Virus record (IMG/VR): IMGVR_UViG_3300032562_000003
Location: 62,001-126,000 of that record
Length of the DNA: 64,000 bases
Strand: one strand, 5' to 3'
Shown: positions 27,464 to 36,276 of the stretch, piece by piece
How the letters are laid out: each line of letters begins with the position of its first letter
Position numbering within the stretch: position 1 is the stretch's first letter
Position numbers and translations under genes: made by a program
The notes under the pieces: model-generated
What the model was told of the DNA's origin: nothing
The model's input: the letters and a program-made list of their open reading frames with translations, nothing else
The model's database searches: none

Positions 27464-28501
27464 TTATACGTGCACCAATTCTTGCTTGAGGAAGGCCATC
27501 ACAGTTGATAACTTTTTAGTATCCCCGTTGATGATATCAGCAATAACCTTATTTGGACCGGCTGAATAAGCAGAACTAGCATTTGATAGCATTACTATAT
27601 AATGATCGCGGGGACCACCGCCGCGACTAATGTTTCCGGTTTCTTCAGGATAATAATAACCTGCTGCCATCAATATAGCTAAATTTAGCGTCTGATTAAG
27701 CACAGGCGGCAAAGCCTGTACTGACTTTGCTTGTTCCAGAGTGTCGTACAATTCTTGTAGACGCTTTGCTACTTGTAACTTTTTCTTGGCTCTATCGAAT
27801 GCGTCATTCTTAATAGAAATACCAACGGCTCCTTTAACGTCCGCTAATGCTTGTTGAACATATTTTCCTAACAGAGGACGTAACTTAGCCAATAGTACCT
27901 GTCTATTATGCGATGACCCGCGGTTTATATCATACATATTAGGAATAGTTAGGGCCTTTGCTTCTCTGCGTTTTGTGCGAAGTTGATCTACTGAAGTTTC
28001 AGATCCATGTGCAGCACTGTGATAAGCGCCAGGTCCACGAACACGATACGTTTTAGGATTAATCCAAAATCCAGTTATTTTACCGATATTAGATTTAATT
28101 TGGCTAGCTGCTGCGTTTATACTAGTAATTCTATCAGTCTGTATACCTTCACTATTCGCAGTTACCAAATAATAATGTCCACTTGCCCATTTTACAGCAG
28201 CGGTTCCTTTAGTACCTGCCATAAGAACAAAATTAGGTGCATAATCCTTAACATCAGTCCAACTAATAGAATCTACCGGAGCCCATTCTTGATTATGAGG
28301 CAATGATAAGCTACTGTGAATTGTCTTTATGAGTTGATCAGCATATGGGCTGTTTCTAACTGCGGACATTGCAGTAGATGCCTCAGAAAGAATCTCTGAT
28401 AGGAAATGTCCTACAGATTCAGTCAACTCGTTTGCCGGTTTTTTAGCTGAACCAATCATTGGTTTAGATACATTTTCGGATAGAAATTCTGTAACTCTCA
28501 T
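27464..28501 (-). CDS. Hypothetical protein with CTS-like leader
   Basis: Start reassigned to MRVTEFLSE at 28501. Confidence 0.7.
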   Translation of the reverse strand: MRVTEFLSENVSKPMIGSAKKPANELTESVGHFLSEILSEASTAMSAVRNSPYADQLIKTIHSSLSLPHNQEWAPVDSISWTDVKDYAPNFVLMAGTKGTAAVKWASGHYYLVTANSEGIQTDRITSINAAASQIKSNIGKITGFWINPKTYRVRGPGAYHSAAHGSETSVDQLRTKRREAKALTIPNMYDINRGSSHNRQVLLAKLRPLLGKYVQQALADVKGAVGISIKNDAFDRAKKKLQVAKRLQELYDTLEQAKSVQALPPVLNQTLNLAILMAAGYYYPEETGNISRGGGPRDHYIVMLSNASSAYSAGPNKVIADIINGDTKKLSTVMAFLKQELVHV

Positions 28502-28503
28502 AA

Positions 28504-28947
28504 TTATGCCCTTGAAATTTTTAGTATGGAACGAAGCATCCATTGATGTTTACCGTGGGCGTCAATTCTCTCCGCGATAAAGTTAGCAATACCTTGCTCA
28601 TCTGCATCTTCTGCTACGTGAAATGCTGCCTTATACATCGCAAGCATTTTGGCATTATCTTCAAAAAGTTCTTTCATCATTAATTCGGCGCGGGGAACTT
28701 TAGTTTGGTCTGCGATTTGACTAAGTTCTGAAAAACGAATGAGACTGCCCGGAGTGTATTCATCAACTTGACGAATTATTTCTGCCAGTCTATCAATCGT
28801 ATTGTCATACACTTCTTCATAGTAGTTACCGAAAAATTCATGGTATTGGGGAAAATCCGGAGTTTCTACATTCCAGTGAAAGAATTGAGCTTTGATCGAT
28901 AGTGCATACGCGGATGCCAATAGTGTCTTAAGAGTATCTGCTAACAT
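28504..28947 (-). CDS. dps: Dps/ferritin-like protein
   Basis: FHWNVE..F..HEFF...Y, IDRLAEIIR and HGKHQWMLRS. Confidence 0.9.
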   Translation of the reverse strand: MLADTLKTLLASAYALSIKAQFFHWNVETPDFPQYHEFFGNYYEEVYDNTIDRLAEIIRQVDEYTPGSLIRFSELSQIADQTKVPRAELMMKELFEDNAKMLAMYKAAFHVAEDADEQGIANFIAERIDAHGKHQWMLRSILKISRA

Positions 28948-28968
28948 GTTTGTAATCCTATAGACTAT

Positions 28969-30090
28969 TTATGCTTCTTGACTCACATCCACGTACTTAA
29001 TTGGTTTCCTATTTAATATCGCTGCTAATGCACGATGATGCCCGTCGACTACAATTCCGTCGTTCATGACAATAATACTATTTGATAAATTAGGATCTGA
29101 TCTATATGAATCTACAATATCTTCTTGATCAGAATCTAGCATGTCATAAATTTCATCGATATGATCTACGCCATATTGACTTTTAAATAGTAGTTCCAGT
29201 TTAACTGGTGAAATAGTTTGAACTGTAAAAGGTACATTAAAGTCTGAGTCACCTACAAAATTCCAAATCATCTCATCGTGATCTGGGAGACCCTTACTAT
29301 ACAACTGTTTCAATGTAATCTTATTTTCTGATGAAAAATCCTCATATGTCATAGCAGTAATACGATGAGGTCCTTTGGTTTTGAATTGACCATACTCTTG
29401 TTCATATGTAGTTGGACCCCCGACCATCGATCCGCCGCCTATCCCGGCCGAACCTCCGCCCTGACCAGTACTGATGGTTTCTCTCAGCTTCTCAACATCA
29501 GCAATAGGATCAGTGATAACAGGAATGTCACCTTTTCTCCAAAGTATGTTACTTATACCTACATCTATTACAACGGTTCCACCTGCTGCACTTCTAATAA
29601 AATCCAAAACTGGTTTTAGTTGAGGGAATTCTTCAAAAAGTGTAGTTTCTTCTGCGTATGGGCGCCGCGGATATACCTCTAAATATTCTTGTATCTGATA
29701 TCTAATATTTTTTCTCTCTAAAGTGAATAGATTTTTGTTATCCAACAACTCCATTCGCATTAGATTAAATCTGCGCAATAACTTTACTGGGCGGCCAATA
29801 ATCTTTGGAACATGTGGGTTAGATTGATTCTGTAACACAAAAGAAAGATAGGTGTCATATGCAGGATCATCTTTCCAAAGCTTGATGATACTGTCTTCGC
29901 CGGGACGCTTGAATGCTGTGCCGAAACAACCTGAGCCTAATACGTATTGCTGATATCCTGCCAGTTTTAAGGCATCCAAAAATTCTTCCATATTTCTGCT
30001 GTTCTGCAACAGAGAATACACTGGATCTTTCTTATAACCAGTTAACTCGTTGAGCGGTTCATTTTCAGAGATGAATTCTCGGGCTCTCAT
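28969..30090 (-). CDS. Protein-kinase-like domain fused to a ParB-like domain
   Basis: LGSGCFGTAF, IIKLW, PHVPKI, RMELL, DVGISNI and ITDP; C-terminal VVDGHHRALAA. Confidence 0.75.
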   Translation of the reverse strand: MRAREFISENEPLNELTGYKKDPVYSLLQNSRNMEEFLDALKLAGYQQYVLGSGCFGTAFKRPGEDSIIKLWKDDPAYDTYLSFVLQNQSNPHVPKIIGRPVKLLRRFNLMRMELLDNKNLFTLERKNIRYQIQEYLEVYPRRPYAEETTLFEEFPQLKPVLDFIRSAAGGTVVIDVGISNILWRKGDIPVITDPIADVEKLRETISTGQGGGSAGIGGGSMVGGPTTYEQEYGQFKTKGPHRITAMTYEDFSSENKITLKQLYSKGLPDHDEMIWNFVGDSDFNVPFTVQTISPVKLELLFKSQYGVDHIDEIYDMLDSDQEDIVDSYRSDPNLSNSIIVMNDGIVVDGHHRALAAILNRKPIKYVDVSQEA

Positions 30091-31376
30091 TTGTTTCTTT
30101 CGATCAAATCTACGTCCCAGCTACCATCTTTCTTTTTTTGTACAAGAACGTTCTTTACCAAATATTTAGCAATACCAGTGTCATGTAGTCGGCTACCTCT
30201 AAAATGGTTTAACAACATGTCTGATATTATGCTTGGTGTGTCATCTATTCCGACACCGACATAATCACCTTCTTGTGTCATCTCTTGCGTGCAGGCCTTC
30301 AGATGACGCGGTGATGGTGTAACTATGCTTTCAATATTATCCACCCATTCTTTAGCATCTGGATTCCAAGACATATAATCGTTACCTGCTGCATATGCTG
30401 CGTCCCAATCAATATCTCCGTCCTCATCGCCATAAAGTTCTCTCATGTCTCGATAATAATAATCGTCATTCTGTTCCCATTCCGCAATTTCTTCGTATGC
30501 CTTATCCATAGCTATTTGACTAATTTTAGTAATAACCGAAGTCAGAACGTCGTCATCTGCAAATAATATGCTGTTTTTAATTGCTGGTTCATTTTCTCTA
30601 AAGAATGAGGACAAATCTCCAAATCTTTTGGTAATTAATTCCTCTACGTTTACTGGAGAATCGGCTTCATCCATGAATGAACCGGTTTGAAAATGTATTT
30701 GGTATTTTTCACCGTCGCGTTTAGGATGTTTTGGTATCAAGATATACAATTTACCTTGACTACTATAATTTTTGAAGTAGTTCGTTCCTTTAGTTGCAGC
30801 AGTACACCAGCGGGTGCCTCTTCCATAGTAACATGCAGCGGCTTCGTCCTCAGGAACAATTATGCGTACTTGTTCATTGTCAAATATTGTGTTAGCCTGA
30901 CCCTTTTCTTTAGCTTTTGCAGAATCCGCACCTTCAATCTGATCTAAATCATAATTACTCAGCATAGTATCTTCAAATTCTTTGTAGTTTTTGAATCGAT
31001 TAATATCAGCATGTTCTGGTTTAATCATCCTGCGTTTCTTACCTAAATTGTAGATACCAAGTAGATTTCCTCTGTTTAAGTCCTCTAACTTCACTCCACC
31101 TTTAGCATACATTCTAGCAAGCCACTGAGTGTATTCTTTATTTGGTGTTGGATCTTTTTCTTCTATAGCCTGCAATATGTGTTGAATTATGTCGGCTTTG
31201 TCGGCCTCAGTAGCCTTATTACCAGGTACTAGAACTTCTCTAGCGAATTGCCTGTATACCATCATATTACCACTAATGGCGCCCATATCCTTAGCAAATG
31301 CAGGAATGAGACCAGTACCTAGTGTCTGTGCGGTTTTGTTTCTATCATATTCAATTAGAAACTCTATGGCTCGCAT
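30087..31376 (-). CDS. PcfJ-like domain protein, close paralog of 15500-16513
   Basis: Shares DPTPNKEYTQWLARMYAKGG and EDEAAACYYGRGTRWCTAATKG, with a different acidic C-terminus. Confidence 0.75.
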   Translation of the reverse strand: MRAIEFLIEYDRNKTAQTLGTGLIPAFAKDMGAISGNMMVYRQFAREVLVPGNKATEADKADIIQHILQAIEEKDPTPNKEYTQWLARMYAKGGVKLEDLNRGNLLGIYNLGKKRRMIKPEHADINRFKNYKEFEDTMLSNYDLDQIEGADSAKAKEKGQANTIFDNEQVRIIVPEDEAAACYYGRGTRWCTAATKGTNYFKNYSSQGKLYILIPKHPKRDGEKYQIHFQTGSFMDEADSPVNVEELITKRFGDLSSFFRENEPAIKNSILFADDDVLTSVITKISQIAMDKAYEEIAEWEQNDDYYYRDMRELYGDEDGDIDWDAAYAAGNDYMSWNPDAKEWVDNIESIVTPSPRHLKACTQEMTQEGDYVGVGIDDTPSIISDMLLNHFRGSRLHDTGIAKYLVKNVLVQKKKDGSWDVDLIERNK

Positions 31377-31380
31377 AATC

Positions 31381-33363
31381 TTAGCGACGAAGTCCCTTCA
31401 TTACAGAGCTTTCCTTTTTGATGACCTTTTTTGGTTGTTCGTTAATAGAACCTCTAAACTGTCTATCTTTTTGTCCACCGTATGGATTAACTGCAGGAGT
31501 CTTTTCGGCAGCGAATCGCATATCAGAGTCTTCTTTGAATGTTCCAGCCACCTTAGGTTTAAACTTGCGATATGATTGACCAGCATTTCCACCTTGACCC
31601 ATACCACCTGCATATGCAGTATCTTCCTTAAGATCATCATAGTATCCAGACTCTAGATCCTTAATAACTTCTTTAGTCCAAATACTAACATCACTTGAAC
31701 CAATTTCTTCTAAGTCATGATAATGACTTGCAAGTTCATCAACTGCCGCCATCACTGCGGCTGGACCGTATTTACTCAATACATCCAAATATTGAGTAGT
31801 GATGCGGCGTATGATAGCATTAGCAACTGCTTCAGTCGTGTCTTCACCCTCTGACAATTTACCAGCTGGTTTTGTGCGGTATTTACGCCATCCACCTGGT
31901 TGCTGAGCAACTGCAGGATAATCTGGGCTTTCACCGATTGTCCATGTGCCGTCATCGTCCTTAGGACCGATTGTCCATGTGCCGTCATGACAGGCCCATG
32001 CCCATGTGCCGTCATCGTCCTTAGGAGCCTTACGTTGGTATGAGTTTTTCCAATCTTCGGCGGCGTGTAGATTTTTAAATGCCTTCTCGACGCCGTCTTT
32101 AGACTTAACTATGTACATTACACCTGAGCCGCGGGCTTCTTCAACTTCGCTTGATCCAGTTAAGCTCGGCTTTTCTTTTAGCTTCTTTAGAAGCAATGAC
32201 TTATAGTGCGGTACTGATCGTTTGTTAAGTCCAGTTACTGCTGGTTTACCGTCGATAAAAACTGCCCAACTATTCTCGTCATTTCCGCCGTGCTTTTTTA
32301 CAGTTATACGCTTGAGTAGGTGAGCATCCGCTTGAGCTTCTCTGACCTCAGGCTTAAGATCATATTTGCTGCTAGGGTGCTTTTTTCTTAAAAGTTCCAT
32401 GGCTGCTAATGTTTGATCTGGATCTCTATATTTTATACTAGGTTTATCATTGATATAAAGTGTATCAACTGCATCGGATGCATGACCTTCAGGTTGATGC
32501 TTTATCTCAAATTTCTTATCAGGGAACTTTGACTTCATCATACTAACTGCGGCTTCAGCTTTTTTGGAATTTACATATTTAGTTGCTGGTTTGCCATTAA
32601 TGTAGATGACAAAAGATGCTCCATCTTCATCTACGATGCCTTTCATGATACTACTTTCACGTAGACCTTTCATATTATTACTCATTTTATTCTCCTTAAT
32701 GGGTATGTCGTTGTATTCTGGTAAGTTAATGCCGAATTTTAAAACTACAAAGGTTCTTAATTTATCGTATTGAACAATACTATTAAACAGTAAGGTGACC
32801 ATAGGCGCGACATCTGACAGTGTTTTTTCAGGCAATTTTACTGTTCTGTTTTCAGCAGGTATATACAATACATATGAATCGTCGTTGATTTCTAACAATT
32901 TGGCAATACATGGCTGATGCGTCACACCTAATGTGTCATTAATAAGATACAACCCAATAATCAGATACGAGGTTCCTACTTCTGGGGCCGCAGCTTGTTT
33001 GGGTAAATTACGAAATGCTGTTAATAAAGTCGTGTCATTAGATTCTAGTAAACTCTCATTATTAAGTAGATATGATTCCATAAATGCTACTCTTGTGGAC
33101 ATATCGCCTAAGGATTCAGTGTCTACAAATGAAAGTTTTGTGATCGACGTTTTATTGTTACAATGGCTTAGCCCTTCGGTAAGTCCCTGTTTACGGAATT
33201 CGTTGTCTCTACTCATCCACTTGTGTATAATAGATTCCTGAATAATAGTGTTACCTGTAGCAAATAAAGCTCTGTCTTCTTTCCAATTAGCCTCTGTGGT
33301 ATTGTTTTTCAAATCATAGGCATCGCGGACATTCAACGTATTCACTACAATAGAGTTTGACAA
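31381..33363 (-). CDS. Modular hypothetical protein, possibly with an internal start at 32685
   Basis: Three units of the type YINGKPA / YINDKPS / FIDGKPA; in-frame SD AAGGAG before MSNNMKG. Confidence 0.65.
   Translation of the reverse strand: MSNSIVVNTLNVRDAYDLKNNTTEANWKEDRALFATGNTIIQESIIHKWMSRDNEFRKQGLTEGLSHCNNKTSITKLSFVDTESLGDMSTRVAFMESYLLNNESLLESNDTTLLTAFRNLPKQAAAPEVGTSYLIIGLYLINDTLGVTHQPCIAKLLEINDDSYVLYIPAENRTVKLPEKTLSDVAPMVTLLFNSIVQYDKLRTFVVLKFGINLPEYNDIPIKENKMSNNMKGLRESSIMKGIVDEDGASFVIYINGKPATKYVNSKKAEAAVSMMKSKFPDKKFEIKHQPEGHASDAVDTLYINDKPSIKYRDPDQTLAAMELLRKKHPSSKYDLKPEVREAQADAHLLKRITVKKHGGNDENSWAVFIDGKPAVTGLNKRSVPHYKSLLLKKLKEKPSLTGSSEVEEARGSGVMYIVKSKDGVEKAFKNLHAAEDWKNSYQRKAPKDDDGTWAWACHDGTWTIGPKDDDGTWTIGESPDYPAVAQQPGGWRKYRTKPAGKLSEGEDTTEAVANAIIRRITTQYLDVLSKYGPAAVMAAVDELASHYHDLEEIGSSDVSIWTKEVIKDLESGYYDDLKEDTAYAGGMGQGGNAGQSYRKFKPKVAGTFKEDSDMRFAAEKTPAVNPYGGQKDRQFRGSINEQPKKVIKKESSVMKGLRR
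31933..32026. repeat. Short in-frame tandem duplication (33-bp period)
   Basis: ccatgtgccgtcat occurs three times, encoding PKDDDGTW...HDGTWTIGPKDDDGTWTIG. Confidence 0.85.
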
Positions 33364-33367
33364 GCAG

Positions 33368-34456
33368 TTAACCCTTTTTGTTTTTGTTATCTAGATAGCC
33401 ACGCTTGTTGACCGTGGCCCATGCAATATCTGTTGCTTTCTTTGCTGGCTTGCCGGCTTCACGTTCTGACTTAGCAATGTGCTTAACCATGCGATCTACT
33501 TTGGCACCTTCGTCAGTTACCTTCTTACCGAAGTCTTCCATATCTTGCCAGGGGCTACCCTTGCTAGGTTCTCTACTGATGATTTTTCTAGTGGTGCCTA
33601 GATCGTCGTGATTGTCTTTGCGCCACTTCTTATAATCTTGTACTTCTTTCTCGCCGCCCTGTTTACCTTCGCTTAACTCTTCTTCCATGCTATCAGCTAC
33701 GCTACCTAGATAGTCACTAGCTAAAGTGATATAGCTTTGCTGCCATGCCATTAATTCATCACGCTCATCTAGCATTTGATAGATTCTTTTTGCGGCTTTA
33801 GCAGCGCTACGCATTTCGCTCTTAGCCATGCTTATCTCATGATCGAAGTGTTCTTGGTTTTCACCGACGCCACCGGCGGCAATAACACCTTCTGATTGTT
33901 GTTTCTTGCTAACCATGTAATTATTAACATTGGTCATCATGCCCTTAATCTGGCCGACCTTCTCACTTACCCATTCAGGAATACTATCACAATTTTCTAA
34001 TACGTCATATAGTTCTTTTGCATTACGTGATATTGTTCTGAGACTGTTCTTTAGAGTTTCACCTTCGTGTTCTGCTTTATCCGGATCAAATGAATGGAAT
34101 CCAGTCTTCAATCTATGACCTTGGCCTGGCACAAGAATCAAATCGTCTTCTTCTAATTGTGCTTCTTGTATCTTGAATCTTGCTCTAATTTGTTCTTTGG
34201 TAGCCTTGTACTTTTTCTGAAAGTTTAGATTGTCAAGGTAATCTAAATCTGACGCGAGTTCCTTCATCTTACCTTCATGAAGGGAATTAGCAAATTTCTT
34301 GTTGGTCTTCTTACCGGTAAGAAGATTCCCGGGCTTTTGATTAGCGTAGACTCCTTTGCCTACAGTTGAACGTTTTTGTGTTGCGCCGGCCATTGGCTGT
34401 GCGACAGTAGCAATCGCGCCTGAGGTCGTACTTTCATAGATATCGCTAATTTTCAT
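33368..34456 (-). CDS. Probable head/internal protein with a duplicated helical domain
   Basis: Leader MKISDIYES; two related units (HEGETLKNSL...PEWVSEKV and HEISMAKSEM...AWQQSYITLASDYL). Confidence 0.6.
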   Translation of the reverse strand: MKISDIYESTTSGAIATVAQPMAGATQKRSTVGKGVYANQKPGNLLTGKKTNKKFANSLHEGKMKELASDLDYLDNLNFQKKYKATKEQIRARFKIQEAQLEEDDLILVPGQGHRLKTGFHSFDPDKAEHEGETLKNSLRTISRNAKELYDVLENCDSIPEWVSEKVGQIKGMMTNVNNYMVSKKQQSEGVIAAGGVGENQEHFDHEISMAKSEMRSAAKAAKRIYQMLDERDELMAWQQSYITLASDYLGSVADSMEEELSEGKQGGEKEVQDYKKWRKDNHDDLGTTRKIISREPSKGSPWQDMEDFGKKVTDEGAKVDRMVKHIAKSEREAGKPAKKATDIAWATVNKRGYLDNKNKKG

Positions 34457-34496
34457 GAATCAAATCCTTAGTAGTGTAGTATTTATGCTGATTGAT

Positions 34497-35191
34497 TCAA
34501 GTTGTCGGTTTGTATTTGCATCGGTCAAAGTGCCATACCTTTATGCCGCCGGCACCTCCTGTTTTCCCACAATATGGACAGGTTACGATTTCGTGTTTTT
34601 TAATAGATTTCCCCAGACGAGTTGCGGATCGTTTGGCGATTGCCTCTGCGGATTTATTCACGCCGCGCTGCCAGTCCCCCAATTTAGGGTAGGTTTTTCC
34701 CTTACGAGTTTTGGTTCTTTTTGAAATAGACTCCGCTGATTTAGGTACTCCGATGAGTGCAGCACTAACTTTAAGATTTGGTTTCCCCTTTAGTCTATCA
34801 GACACATCTGGGCGCGACTTTCCAGTAAGAGCATCACTTCGTTTTTTATTAGATGAAGCGGATTGAACCATTCCCGACACGCCCTCGTCGCCGTCAGTTC
34901 TATTGTGTAATATTCCCCAAGATATTTTATCTTTACGACCATACCACCTAATATACCTGCGTTCTAAAGCGAAAGCACCAACCTCAGTAAGATTTGTTTC
35001 CATAATAATGATTCTAGAATTGGGAGGGACGTGTACCCCTTCCATTTCCCACTATTTGCGTCTTTGTATCGGTGACCTGTCCAGGCTCTACCGTCTTGTC
35101 CTTTGCCTATATAATAAGGGGTTCCACTAGTTCGCACATACGCATAGATATAGAAACCAATTGGTAGATTGTCTGTAGAATAAATATTCAT
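34497..35191 (-). pseudogene. GIY-YIG-like homing endonuclease with NUMOD3-like tail, broken by a -1 frameshift near 35037
   Basis: FYIYAYVRTSGTPYYIGKG...GKWKG joins [18 protein letters not shown]...LHNRTDG if one G is added to aagggg. Confidence 0.85.
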
Positions 35192-35217
35192 TGCTGATAC
35201 TCCATAACAGTGTTAGA

Positions 35218-35258
35218 GTAGTTGGGAATCTCACCTCCGCGAACTACATTTTTATTTA
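35218..35258 (-). promoter_or_regulatory. TAAATA promoter plus leader hairpin upstream of the endonuclease
   Basis: TAAATA at 35253-35258, then GTAGTT-cgcggaggtgagattccc-AACTAC. Confidence 0.55.
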
Positions 35259-35271
35259 TTACGAAATATCC

Positions 35272-35302
35272 AAAAAGGGAGGGAAGATTTCTCTCCCCTC
35301 CC
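35272..35302 (-). terminator. Rho-independent terminator
   Basis: gggagggaaga...tctcccctccc hairpin followed by TTTTT on the minus strand. Confidence 0.65.
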
Positions 35303-35316
35303 AGTCCTATAGAAAC

Positions 35317-36219
35317 TTAAATCTCGTTTCCGTTTTCGTCAATAATCTTGTAGCCTTTTGCCTTCTGCGCTTCAGCCCACATGGGGCCGATTTGATCAAG
35401 CAAATACTGCTGATTTTCCATTGAAAACACATAGCTTCCCGAGTGACGTAGCAATACTCGCTTGTCAACCCAAATCTTACCGCCTAAATCTCTAAAGTTC
35501 TCACACCAGGTCCAGTCCTCGCTATAATAGCGATTTTGGCGAACAGCAGTATCAAAATAAGTCTTCAAATACTGATCGTACATGGGATCAAGACCGATAT
35601 CGTTTTTATATTGCTTAACAGCCGGATGTGAGTTTAACTTTTCAAAACAGCGTCGTTTCATAAGAAGAAATCCAGTACCAGCCTTAGATACTTCTTGCAA
35701 GCCATCAGGGCCTTCTTCTGCGCCTTCAAATCCATTAACTACCCACTTAACTGGCATAGTCTTCATTGGATATAGGCCCCCGATCGCATCAACATCTCTG
35801 TTCAAGAGGACTAGCAAGTGCCATGGTTCCCAACCAATATCAGCGTCAACGAAGAACAAGTGAGTTGCGTCCGGCATTGCAAGAAACTTAGCAGTAAGAG
35901 TATTTCTTGCACGACTGATTAAACTCTCATTGGTCATGGTTTCGAGAGTCCAGTCGACACCCAATTGACGTGCAGTATTTGCCCACTTGATAAATGACAT
36001 GAATGTAGATTCAGTCAACATACCACCGTAGCATGGCATTGCGATGTGAACCTTAGTGGTACGTAGATAGTCTACGTTTACTTGAACTTGGCCTTCTTGT
36101 GGCTTTTGTTCCTGAGCAGCCTGCTCAATAACCTCTTGTACTTGTTCTGCAGGTACAGTTTGTTGCTCGCCGTTCGGCTTAGCGATAGTGACGTTTGAAT
36201 TTTTTGATTTACGTGCCAT
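35317..36219 (-). CDS. GT-A fold glycosyltransferase
   Basis: IAMPCYGG, SLISRARN, LFFVDADIGW (DxD), GTGFLLMKR and SEDWTWC. Confidence 0.8.
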   Translation of the reverse strand: MARKSKNSNVTIAKPNGEQQTVPAEQVQEVIEQAAQEQKPQEGQVQVNVDYLRTTKVHIAMPCYGGMLTESTFMSFIKWANTARQLGVDWTLETMTNESLISRARNTLTAKFLAMPDATHLFFVDADIGWEPWHLLVLLNRDVDAIGGLYPMKTMPVKWVVNGFEGAEEGPDGLQEVSKAGTGFLLMKRRCFEKLNSHPAVKQYKNDIGLDPMYDQYLKTYFDTAVRQNRYYSEDWTWCENFRDLGGKIWVDKRVLLRHSGSYVFSMENQQYLLDQIGPMWAEAQKAKGYKIIDENGNEI

Positions 36220-36223
36220 TAAG

Positions 36224-36264
36224 TCCTCTTTGTTGTAAAACTATACAGTTATTTACAACGAAGA
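36224..36264 (-). promoter_or_regulatory. Late promoter embedded in a hairpin that overlaps the SD
   Basis: 13-bp inverted repeat (36227-36239 and 36252-36264, one mismatch); TAAATA at 36250-36255; SD AAGAGGA at 36224-36230. Confidence 0.7.
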
Positions 36265-36276
36265 CAGGGGGTGGAA

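Noticed and set aside
31933-32026. 33-bp-period repeats as a mini CRISPR array
   Set aside because: In frame inside a CDS, no unique spacers, and no cas genes.
35036-35055. Programmed -1 frameshift at GGGAAAT
   Set aside because: The heptamer is out of register with the upstream frame and no downstream stimulatory structure was evident.
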